Assembly (NCBI GenBank): GCA_963851265.1
Contig: CAWKNZ010000007.1
Coordinates: 224,001-288,000, forward strand
Origin: an uncultured Gemmatimonadales bacterium
GTDB taxonomy: Bacteria; Gemmatimonadota; Gemmatimonadetes; Gemmatimonadales; Gemmatimonadaceae
DNA length: 64,000 nt
Reading direction: 5' to 3'
Shown here: positions 38,837 through 47,294 of the stretch, piece by piece
Layout: each line of letters begins with the position of its first letter
How positions within the stretch are numbered: position 1 is the stretch's first letter
Program-made: the position numbers and the translations under genes
The notes under the pieces: generated by a model
Seen by the model: the letters and a program-made list of their open reading frames with translations, nothing else
Told to the model about the DNA's origin: nothing
Databases searched by the model: none

Positions 38837-40246
38837 ATGGCCCGACCACGGCTGAACCTCCGGCAGCTGTTCAACATGAGCGTCGGATTCCTCGGCATCC
38901 AGTTCGGGTGGGGGCTCCAGCTCGCGAACATGTCGGCCGTGTACGAGCGGCTCGGGGCGAAGACGGACCAGATTCCGGGGCTGTGGCTCGCCGCGCCGCT
39001 CACCGGACTGCTCGTGCAGCCGGTCATCGGCGCGCTGAGCGACCGCACGTGGGGTCCGCTCGGGCGGCGGCGTCCGTACTTCCTCGCCGGCGCGGTGCTC
39101 GCGTCGATCGGGCTGTTTCTGATGCCGACGTCCGGGAGCATCTGGATGGCGGCGGGGCTGCTCTGGGTACTCGACGCGTCGATCAACATCTCGATGGAGC
39201 CGTTCCGCGCGTTCGTGGCCGACAAGCTGGACGCGTCGCAGCGGACGGCGGGCTTCGTCATGCAGTCCTTCATGATCGGCATCGGCGCGAGCCTCGCCAA
39301 CGCGCTGCCCTACGTGTTAGGCCGGTTCGGGGTCGCCGGGAGCACGGCGAGCGGGATCCCGCTGTCCGTGAAGTACGCGTTCCAGGCCGGCGCCGTGGTC
39401 TACCTGCTCGCGGTGATCTGGACGGTGGTCACGACCGGCGAAGACCCGCCCGCGGACATGGCCGCCTTCGAGCGCGAGCGGCAGCAGCGGCGCGGCGTCG
39501 GGCCGCTCGTCGCGGAGATCGCGGAGGCCGTGCGCGAGATGCCGGCGACGATGAAGCAGCTCGCCCTCGTGCAGTTCATCACGTGGATGGGGCTGTTCTG
39601 CATGTGGCTCTACTTCGTGCCCGCGGTGGCGCGGCACGTCTTCGGCGCCACCGACCCCGCCTCGCAGCTGTACGAGGACGGCGCGAAGTGGGGCGGGCTG
39701 GTGTTCGCGTTCTACTCGATCACCTGCTTCGCGGTGGCATTCGCGTTGCCCAAGCTCGCCGCCGCGACCAGTCGCAAGGCGGTGCACGCCGGGGCGCTCG
39801 TGTGCGGCGCGCTCGGGCTGCTGAGCGTCGGCGTGATCCACTCGCCCAACCTGCTGATCCTCTCGATGGTGGGCGTGGGGGTGGCCTGGGCGTCGATCCT
39901 CTCGATGCCGTACGCGATTCTCGCGTCGGCGCTGCCGCCGGCCCGGCTCGGGGTGTACATGGGCGTGTTCAACTTCTTCATCGTGCTGCCCGAGATCGTG
40001 GCGGCGCTGTTCTTCGGGCGGCTGTCGCGCGCGCTGTTCGGCGACGGCAACCCGAGCGCGCCGTTGTACTTCGTGATCATCGGCGGTGGGTGCATGCTCG
40101 CCGCCGCCGCGTGCGTGGCGCTCGTGCAGGACGTGGGCGAGCGCGAGCCGGCCGGCGCGGCCGTGCTCGCCGCCGACGCGCACGAAGCGTTGCTGGTGCA
40201 GGGGTCGGTGCAGCCCGTGCCGAGCACGGGCGCGTCGCCCCGGTAG
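38837..40246 (+). CDS. MFS sugar transporter (paralogue of 33505-34905)
   Basis: MSVGFLGIQFGWGLQ, SDRTWGPLGRRRPYF, MEPFRA and GVYMGVFNFFIVLP motifs. Confidence 0.92.
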   Translation: MARPRLNLRQLFNMSVGFLGIQFGWGLQLANMSAVYERLGAKTDQIPGLWLAAPLTGLLVQPVIGALSDRTWGPLGRRRPYFLAGAVLASIGLFLMPTSGSIWMAAGLLWVLDASINISMEPFRAFVADKLDASQRTAGFVMQSFMIGIGASLANALPYVLGRFGVAGSTASGIPLSVKYAFQAGAVVYLLAVIWTVVTTGEDPPADMAAFERERQQRRGVGPLVAEIAEAVREMPATMKQLALVQFITWMGLFCMWLYFVPAVARHVFGATDPASQLYEDGAKWGGLVFAFYSITCFAVAFALPKLAAATSRKAVHAGALVCGALGLLSVGVIHSPNLLILSMVGVGVAWASILSMPYAILASALPPARLGVYMGVFNFFIVLPEIVAALFFGRLSRALFGDGNPSAPLYFVIIGGGCMLAAAACVALVQDVGEREPAGAAVLAADAHEALLVQGSVQPVPSTGASPR

Positions 40247-40333
40247 ACCCGTGGGCCCGGCCCGGGAGGGCCGGTCGGGTGCTGGTCCGGGACTTTCGTT
40301 AGGCTCGCCGCTCACTCTTCCGCTTCCGCCGCG

Positions 40334-41605
40334 ATGAAACGCACGCTCGCAGTCATTCTCGGGGGCGGCGCCGGGACGCGCCTCTTCCCGCTCACCCGCA
40401 ACCGCGCCAAGCCGGCCGTCCCGCTCGCGGGCAAGTACCGGCTGGTCGACGTGCCGATCTCGAACTGCATCAACTCGGGGCTCGAGCGCATCTTCGTCGT
40501 CACGCAGTACAACTCGGCCAGCCTCAACAAGCACGTCGCACGGGCATACCAGTTCGACCGGTACCGCGGCGGCTTCGTGACGATCCTCGCCGCCGAGCAG
40601 ACGGCGAAGTCGGAAAAGTGGTACCAGGGAACCGCCGACGCGGTGCGGCAGTCGATCCAGCACATGCGCAGCTACCCGCACGAGCGCGTGATCATCCTGA
40701 GCGGCGACCAGCTGTACTCGATGGACTACCGCGCGATGACCGAGCACCACGAGCAGACGGGCGCGGACATCACGATCGGCGTGACGCCGGTGGTCGCGGT
40801 CGACGCGCCCGGATTCGGCATCCTCAAGACCGACGACGCGCACCGGATCACCGAGTTCTACGAGAAGCCGAAGCTCGACCAGCTCGCCGACAAGAGCAGC
40901 CCGGTCACGGCGGAGCTCGAAGCGGAGGGGCGCATCTACCTCGCGTCGATGGGCATCTACGTGTTCGACGCGAAGCTGCTGGCGCGCGTGCTCGACGAGC
41001 ACGAGGAGGAGCACGACTTCGGCAAGGAGGTGATCCCGCGGGCGATCAAGAGCGGGCTCAACGTCGTCGCGTACCCGTTCACCGGGTACTGGAACGACAT
41101 CGGGACGGTGCGCTCCTTCTTCGACACGAACATCATGCTCGGCAAGGCGCAGCCCGAATTCAACCTGTACGACGCGCGGATGCCGCTGTACACGAACGCG
41201 CGCGTGCTCCCGCCGGCCAAGGTCACGCGCTCGCGCATCGAGGACACGCTGCTGAGCGAAGGCAGCGTCATCATCGACAGCGACATCGCCGACTCGGTGA
41301 TCGGGATCCGCTCGTACGTGGCGGCGCGGGCGCGCATCCGGCGGACGGTGATGATGGGCGCGGACTACTATCCGTGGGCCGACGCGGACGACCCGAGCCG
41401 CGTGCAGGGGCCGGCGCATCCCGGGATCGGTGAAGACTCCGAAATCGAGAACGCGATCATCGACAAGAACGTGTCGATCGGGCGCGGCTGCCGCCTGACG
41501 AATGCGGCCGGGGTGGAGGAGGGGGAAGGTCCGGGGTTCTACATCCGAGACGGGATCATCGTGTTCGTGAAGGGGGCGGAGATCGCGGACGGAACGGTGG
41601 TGTGA
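40334..41605 (+). CDS. glgC: Glucose-1-phosphate adenylyltransferase
   Basis: ILGGGAGTRLFPLT..RAKPAVP, WYQGTADAV, LSGDQLY, FYEKP and HDFGKEVIP motifs. Confidence 0.96.
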   Translation: MKRTLAVILGGGAGTRLFPLTRNRAKPAVPLAGKYRLVDVPISNCINSGLERIFVVTQYNSASLNKHVARAYQFDRYRGGFVTILAAEQTAKSEKWYQGTADAVRQSIQHMRSYPHERVIILSGDQLYSMDYRAMTEHHEQTGADITIGVTPVVAVDAPGFGILKTDDAHRITEFYEKPKLDQLADKSSPVTAELEAEGRIYLASMGIYVFDAKLLARVLDEHEEEHDFGKEVIPRAIKSGLNVVAYPFTGYWNDIGTVRSFFDTNIMLGKAQPEFNLYDARMPLYTNARVLPPAKVTRSRIEDTLLSEGSVIIDSDIADSVIGIRSYVAARARIRRTVMMGADYYPWADADDPSRVQGPAHPGIGEDSEIENAIIDKNVSIGRGCRLTNAAGVEEGEGPGFYIRDGIIVFVKGAEIADGTVV

Positions 41606-41606
41606 G

Positions 41607-42833
41607 ATGCGCATCGCGCTCCTCACCAACGAGTACCCGCCCAACGTCTACGGCGGTGCGGGCGTGCACGTCGACTATCTGTCGCGCGAGCTCGCCCGCG
41701 CCGAGGGCGGCGCGAACCAGGTCGACGTGCACTGCTTCGGCGACCAGCACGAGGACCGCGGCAACCTGCGCGTGCGCGGCGTCGCGCCGGTCACGCTGCC
41801 GGTGCAGGACCCGCGGCACGCGCGGCTGCTCGACGCATTCGGCCGCGACCTCGCGATGGCGGGGGCAGTAGTCGCGGCCGAGGTGGTGCACTGCCATACC
41901 TGGTATGCCGCGCTCGCCGGCCTCGTCGCGAAGCCGCTCGCGGGCGCGAAGCTCGTGCTCACGACGCACTCGCTCGAGCCGCACCGGCCGTGGAAGGTCG
42001 AGCAGTTGGGGAGCGCGTACCACGCGTCGGTCTGGGTGGAGCGCACCGCGTACCAGAACGCCGACGGCGTGATCGCCGTGTCGGAGGCGATGAAGGCCGA
42101 CGTGCAGGAACTGTACGGCGTCGCGCCGGAGCGGGTGCGCGTGATTCACAACGGCATCGACCCCGACGAGTACCGCCCGAGTCCGTCGGCCGAGACGCTG
42201 CGGCGCGTGGGCGTGAACCCGGACGTGCCGTTCGTCCTGTTCGTCGGGCGGATCACGCGGCAGAAGGGGATCCTCCACCTCGTGCGGGCGATCCGGCAGT
42301 TCCAGGTCGGGCCCGACGGGCTGCAGGTCGTGCTCTGCGCGGGCGCGCCCGACACCCCCGAGATCGCGGCCGAGATGACGGCGCTGGTGGCGGAGGTGCA
42401 GCGGGACGCCGCGGCCGAGATCGTCTGGATTCCGGCGATGCTGCCCAAGCCCGACGTGATCGCGCTCTACAGCGAGGCCGCGGTGTTCGTGTGCCCGTCG
42501 GTGTACGAGCCGTTCGGGATCATCAACCTCGAAGCCATGGCGTGCGAGACGCCGGTGGTCGCGTCGGCGGTCGGCGGGATCCCGGAGATCGTCGTGCCGG
42601 GTGAGACCGGCCTGCTCGTGCCGTTCGAGGCCGCGGGCGGGGAGTCGCCGGAGCCGCGCGACCCCGAGGCGTTCTCGGCCGCGCTCGCGGCCGCGGTCAA
42701 CGAGTTGATGGCCGATCCCGCCCGCCGGACCGCGATGGGGCGGGCGGCGCGCGAGCGCGTGCTCGCGCAGTTCAGCTGGCGGCGGATCGCCGAGATCACG
42801 CTCGCGTTCTACCGAGAGCTGGTGCAGCGTTAG
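41607..42833 (+). CDS. glgA: GT4 'glycogen synthase' of the GlgA/GlgM (maltose-1-phosphate synthase) type
   Basis: LLTNEYPPNVYGGAGVHV, HCHTWY, TTHSLEPHRPWKVEQLG, FVGRITRQKG and YEPFGIINLEAMAC motifs. Confidence 0.9.
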   Translation: MRIALLTNEYPPNVYGGAGVHVDYLSRELARAEGGANQVDVHCFGDQHEDRGNLRVRGVAPVTLPVQDPRHARLLDAFGRDLAMAGAVVAAEVVHCHTWYAALAGLVAKPLAGAKLVLTTHSLEPHRPWKVEQLGSAYHASVWVERTAYQNADGVIAVSEAMKADVQELYGVAPERVRVIHNGIDPDEYRPSPSAETLRRVGVNPDVPFVLFVGRITRQKGILHLVRAIRQFQVGPDGLQVVLCAGAPDTPEIAAEMTALVAEVQRDAAAEIVWIPAMLPKPDVIALYSEAAVFVCPSVYEPFGIINLEAMACETPVVASAVGGIPEIVVPGETGLLVPFEAAGGESPEPRDPEAFSAALAAAVNELMADPARRTAMGRAARERVLAQFSWRRIAEITLAFYRELVQR

Positions 42834-42841
42834 GCGATTCG

Positions 42842-42873
42842 GCCGTCGCCCCCGCGAAGGCGGGGGCGACGGC
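42842..42873. repeat. REP-like perfect hairpin between convergent genes (possible bidirectional terminator)
   Basis: GCCGTCGCCCCCGC-GAAG-GCGGGGGCGACGGC, a 14-bp stem; same family as 33415-33462. Confidence 0.7.
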
Positions 42874-42905
42874 TCCGGGTCCTACCGCACCAGCTGCCGC
42901 GCCAC

Positions 42906-43187
42906 TTACCGCGTGGCGGCCGCCGGGTCGCGGTGCGGCGGGGCGCCCGCCCCCGCTGCGGCGGCGCGCAGCTCCGCGCGCGCGCCGCGGCGGGCGAGGA
43001 GCAGGAACAGCGCGCCCACGACGAGCATCACGAGGCCCCACCAGAGATTGATGTTGAGCCCGCCGGCCTTGGCGTACTGCTCCACGTTGCTCGCCGTGAC
43101 CACGCCGTAGCCGACCAGCAGCACGCCGAGGATCACGAACAGGCCGCCGATCGGGAGGCGGAGGTCCAGACTGCCTGCTGCACTCAT
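42906..43187 (-). CDS. Small 2-TM membrane protein downstream of SSS transporter
   Basis: LDLRLPIGGLF..G and NINLWWG; RBS GGAG upstream; two hydrophobic helices. Confidence 0.8.
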   Translation of the reverse strand: MSAAGSLDLRLPIGGLFVILGVLLVGYGVVTASNVEQYAKAGGLNINLWWGLVMLVVGALFLLLARRGARAELRAAAAGAGAPPHRDPAAATR

Positions 43188-43199
43188 CAGAGGTGCTCC

Positions 43200-44951
43200 T
43201 TACCGGAAGACGAGGTTGAGCACGACCGTGAGCGCGAGGACCGCGCCGGCGAACGTGGCGGGACGCTGCGCCCACGTGAGCGCGCCGTCCTTCGGGCGTT
43301 CGGTGAGCGCGTAGACGAGACCGCCCAACTCCGACTCCGCCCGCGGGCGCGTGACCATGCTGACGACCGTCGTGACCACGATGCACGTCACGAACGCCGC
43401 GATCGCCGTCCAGAACGTCTGCGCGAGTTCGCTCGGGTAGGTGTGGAGCACGCCGAAGTAGCCGCCCTTGAGACCGGGGGTCGATCCGACCGGGAGCGTG
43501 AGGCCGTGGTGCACCGCCGCGCCGATCGTCCCCGAGAGCAGGCCCCAGAACGCGCCGTCGGGCGTCGTGCGCCGCCAGAACATGCCGAGTGCGAACGTCG
43601 CGAACAGCGGCGCGTTGACGAAGGCGAAGACGAGTTGCAGCAGGTCCATGATGTTGTTGAACGCGCTCGCCACGTAGGCGGCCGCGATCGAGAGCAGCAC
43701 GCCGACGACCGTGGCCGCGCGGCCCATCCACAGGTAGTGCTCGTCCGTCGCGTTCTTGCGGATGTGGCTCTGGTAGAGGTCGTACGTCCACACCGTGTTG
43801 AACGCGGTGACGTTACCGGCCATGCCCGACATGAACGACGCGAGCAGCGCGGTCAGCCCGAGCCCCAGCATTCCGGCCGGGAAGAGCTTGATGAGCAGCA
43901 TCGGCGTGGCGAGGTCGTAGTCGAGCACCACGTGACCCGCGGCGTCGATGAGCGGCGCGCCGGCGGCCGTCAGCTTGGCCGGGATCGTCCCCGCGCCCTG
44001 CCCGCCGCCGAGGGCGAGCGCGATCATGCCGGGGATGATCACGAGGAACGGGAAGAACATCTTCGGCACCGCCGCGATGAGCGGCGTGCGGCGCGCGGCG
44101 GTCATCGAGTCGGCGGCCATGGCGCGCTGGACGACGAGGAAGTCGGTGCACCAGTAGCCGAACGACAGTACGAACCCGAGCCCCGCGACGAGGCCGAACG
44201 CTTCGACGCCGATGGGGTTCGTCGACGCGTGGGTCATCCCCTGCCAGACGTGGGTGAACGCGCCGGGCGCGTACCCGCGCGCCGCGGCCTGCACGGTGAG
44301 CCGCGCCGTGAGTCCGTCCCAGCCGCCCACCGACCGGAGTCCGAGCCAGACGAGGGGGGCGAAGCCGAACGCGATCATGAAGAACTGCAGCACCTCGTTG
44401 TAGATCGCACTCGTGAGACCGCCGGCGAACACGTAGGCGAGCACGATGGCGGCCGACACCCACACGCTCGTGTCGAAGCTCCACCCGAGCAGCAGGTTGA
44501 AGAGCTTGCCCATCGCGTACATCGAGATTCCCGACGAGAGGATCGTCATGATGGCGAACGTGCCCGCGTTCAGCGTGCGCGTCTTCTCGTCGAAGCGCAA
44601 CTTGAGGTACTCGGGCACCGAACGGGCGCGCGAGCCGTAGTAGAACGGCATCATGAACAGCGCGACGAACACCATCGCCGGGATCGCGCCGATCCAGTAG
44701 AAGTGCGCCGTCGCGATGCCGTACTTGGCGCCGGACGCGCCCATCCCGATCACTTCCTGCGCGCCGAGGTTGGCGGAGAGGAAGGCGAGGCCGGTCACCC
44801 AGGGGGGAAGCGACCGGCCGGAGATGAGGAAGTCCGTGCTCGTCCTCGCCGAGCGACGCAGGGCGAAGCCGATGCCGAGCACGACGGCGAAGTACGCCGC
44901 CATGATGACGTAGTCGATGAACGTGAGGTTCGCGATCGGGGCGTGGTTCAC
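43200..44951 (-). CDS. Sodium:solute symporter (SSS family, probably sugar)
   Basis: DFLISGRSLP, SANLGAQE, SVPEYLKLRF, GGLTSAIYNE and YWCTDFLVVQRA motifs; GTG start inferred. Confidence 0.92.
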   Translation of the reverse strand: MNHAPIANLTFIDYVIMAAYFAVVLGIGFALRRSARTSTDFLISGRSLPPWVTGLAFLSANLGAQEVIGMGASGAKYGIATAHFYWIGAIPAMVFVALFMMPFYYGSRARSVPEYLKLRFDEKTRTLNAGTFAIMTILSSGISMYAMGKLFNLLLGWSFDTSVWVSAAIVLAYVFAGGLTSAIYNEVLQFFMIAFGFAPLVWLGLRSVGGWDGLTARLTVQAAARGYAPGAFTHVWQGMTHASTNPIGVEAFGLVAGLGFVLSFGYWCTDFLVVQRAMAADSMTAARRTPLIAAVPKMFFPFLVIIPGMIALALGGGQGAGTIPAKLTAAGAPLIDAAGHVVLDYDLATPMLLIKLFPAGMLGLGLTALLASFMSGMAGNVTAFNTVWTYDLYQSHIRKNATDEHYLWMGRAATVVGVLLSIAAAYVASAFNNIMDLLQLVFAFVNAPLFATFALGMFWRRTTPDGAFWGLLSGTIGAAVHHGLTLPVGSTPGLKGGYFGVLHTYPSELAQTFWTAIAAFVTCIVVTTVVSMVTRPRAESELGGLVYALTERPKDGALTWAQRPATFAGAVLALTVVLNLVFR

Positions 44952-45117
44952 GAGGGCTCCGAAACGGTGCGGCGGCGGGGGCGGCCGCGGGGTGGAGGCG
45001 GGGCTGCTGCAGAGGTCGCGCCGGGGGCGCGGTGCCCGGCAACATAATGGTCGCGCACCGCGGAAGCGGTCGGTCCGTGACGCCTTGTGCGCCGGCGATC
45101 TTCGCCGGCGCACCCGC

Positions 45118-46278
45118 TCAGCGCTCGAACATCCCCTTACGCACGGCAGCGCCGCCGCGGACGTGCCACACGCCGCGCGCCATCACGTCGCGCACCGCGC
45201 CGTCAGGGTCGAGCACGACGAGGTCCGCGTCGCCCCCGACCGCGACGGCGCCCTTCCGGGGCAGGCGCAGCAGCGCCGCCACGTTGGACGTGAACGGCGC
45301 GAGCGCGCTGCCTAACGGAACGCCCCGGGCGAGCAGCGCGCGGAGCACGCCGGCGATCGCGCCAACGTCGCCGACGCCCATGCGCGTCATCTGTCCCTGC
45401 GCGTCGAACACGGGCAGGCTGCCGCCGCCGTCCGAGCTGACCGTGACGCGCTCGGGCGGCGCGCCGCTCGCCCAGTAGCGGACGAGGGCCTCGTCGGCCG
45501 AGTACTCGTCGCCGTGCGGGGCCGGGAAGGCCGTGAGGTCGACCGTGCAGCCCCGCCGCGCGAGCGCGACGGCCTCCTCGAACAGCGCGCGGCGCCGGTT
45601 GACGTGCGTCGGGTTGAACACGCGCGCGGGGATCTCGCTGCGGTCGAGCGCCTCGCGCACGAGCGCGAGCCCGCGCGGACCGTCACCGAGGTGCAGGTGC
45701 ACGACGCCGGCCTTCCGCGTCATCAGTCCCGCCACGTGCGCCTCGGCGGCGAGCTTCACCAGTTCGTCGTACGTCGGCTGGCTGGAGCGGTGATCGCTCA
45801 GCGCGACCTCGCCGACGCCGATGATCCGATCCACGTTCACCATGTCGCCCCGCACGCTCCCCGTGACAGTAGCGGGCGGCACGTGGTAGCCGCCGGTGTG
45901 GCACCACGCCGACAGCCCGTCGTCGACGAGCGCACGGGCGGTGGCGACGAGGCCGATCGGGCCGCGCGTGTAGTCGTCGGTCCCGAGCACGCCCACCGCG
46001 GTGGTCACGCCGCCGAGCGTGAAGAGCGAGAGCGGGATCGGGGGTACGCGGGTCTGCGGACCGGCCTCGCCGCCGCCGCCGGTCAGGTGCACGTGGGCGT
46101 CGATGAACCCGGGGACGAGCCGCGCGCCGTGCAGATCGACCTCCTCGGCGCCGAGCTCGGCGGGGAGCGTCGCGAGGTCCGCGCCCATCCAGACGACGCG
46201 CTCGGCGGCGACGAGCACGTGATGCCGGCCGAGCGAGGCGGGGGCGTAGACGTCCGCATTGCGGAGCAGCGTCAGCAT
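45118..46278 (-). CDS. iadA: Isoaspartyl dipeptidase (beta-aspartyl peptidase)
   Basis: PGFIDAHVHLTGGGGEAG, GVLGTD, GEVALSDHRSSQPT, HLHLGDG, PTHVNR and SSDGGGSLP motifs. Confidence 0.94.
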   Translation of the reverse strand: MLTLLRNADVYAPASLGRHHVLVAAERVVWMGADLATLPAELGAEEVDLHGARLVPGFIDAHVHLTGGGGEAGPQTRVPPIPLSLFTLGGVTTAVGVLGTDDYTRGPIGLVATARALVDDGLSAWCHTGGYHVPPATVTGSVRGDMVNVDRIIGVGEVALSDHRSSQPTYDELVKLAAEAHVAGLMTRKAGVVHLHLGDGPRGLALVREALDRSEIPARVFNPTHVNRRRALFEEAVALARRGCTVDLTAFPAPHGDEYSADEALVRYWASGAPPERVTVSSDGGGSLPVFDAQGQMTRMGVGDVGAIAGVLRALLARGVPLGSALAPFTSNVAALLRLPRKGAVAVGGDADLVVLDPDGAVRDVMARGVWHVRGGAAVRKGMFER

Positions 46279-46339
46279 GTGGACATGGTAGCGGGGCCAC
46301 CCGTCCAGGGGTTCCCCGGCGCGCTAGCGTTCGACCCGT

Positions 46340-47263
46340 ATGCCCGCCCATCGCTTCTCCAAGGCCGCCGCCCGCGGCTGGCTCGTCCCAATTGGGGGCG
46401 GCCTCGCCGATCCGGCCATCTTCGAGCGGTTCGTCGAACTGTGCGGCGGGTCGGGCGCGCGTCTCGTCGTGGTCCCCGTCGCGTCGAGCCTGCCGCGGAC
46501 CGGGCACGAGTACGCAGACGCGCTCCGACGCCACGGCGCGAGCGCGGTCGCGGTGCTCGACGTGCGCACGCGGTCCGACAGCGAGAACCCCGACGCGCTC
46601 GCCGCGGTAGAGCGCGCCGACGGCGTCTTCTTCACCGGTGGCGACCAGGTGCGCCTTGCGGAGGTGCTCGGCGGGACGCCGATCGCCCGCGTGCTGCGGC
46701 GGCGGTGGGCGGAGAGCGAGTTGCCAGTGGCCGGCACGAGTGCGGGCGCGTCGTACCTGAGCGAACGGATGATCGCACGGGGCTGGTCGGGCCCGCGCCC
46801 GCGCGCTGGGATGGTCACGCTCATCACGGGACTGGGGCTCGCGACCGACCTCGTGATCGATCAGCACTTCCGCGAGCGGCGGCGCCTGGGACGGCTGCTG
46901 ACGGCCGTCGCGCTCGAGCCCGAATGCCTGGGCGTCGGCGTGGACGAGAACACGGCCGCGTTCATCGCGCCCGACGGCGAAGCGACCGTGGTCGGGGCGG
47001 GCGGCATCACCGTCATCGATGCCGCCGACGCGACACCGCTCGCGCCGACGGGCCCGCGCCTCCCCGCGGCAGTGCCGTTCGAGACGAACCGCCGCCGCCG
47101 GCCGGCGCGCCCCGTCCCGAGCCCGCGTGTGGACGTGCGCACGCTCCGCCAGCGCATCGTGCCGGCCGGCGAGCGCGTGCTGCTCGGGGCCGCGTGGCCC
47201 GCGCCCGTGCCGGACGACCGCGACGCGCATATCCGCGCGGTGCGCGCCGCGCGCGCCGTGTAG
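46340..47263 (+). CDS. cphB: Cyanophycinase
   Basis: LVPIGG, FFTGGDQVRL, catalytic GTSAGA, IDQHF and GVDENT; immediately upstream of cphA. Confidence 0.9.
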   Translation: MPAHRFSKAAARGWLVPIGGGLADPAIFERFVELCGGSGARLVVVPVASSLPRTGHEYADALRRHGASAVAVLDVRTRSDSENPDALAAVERADGVFFTGGDQVRLAEVLGGTPIARVLRRRWAESELPVAGTSAGASYLSERMIARGWSGPRPRAGMVTLITGLGLATDLVIDQHFRERRRLGRLLTAVALEPECLGVGVDENTAAFIAPDGEATVVGAGGITVIDAADATPLAPTGPRLPAAVPFETNRRRRPARPVPSPRVDVRTLRQRIVPAGERVLLGAAWPAPVPDDRDAHIRAVRAARAV

Positions 47264-47294
47264 GATCACCACCCTCCGTCGCGCTCCTGCCGCC

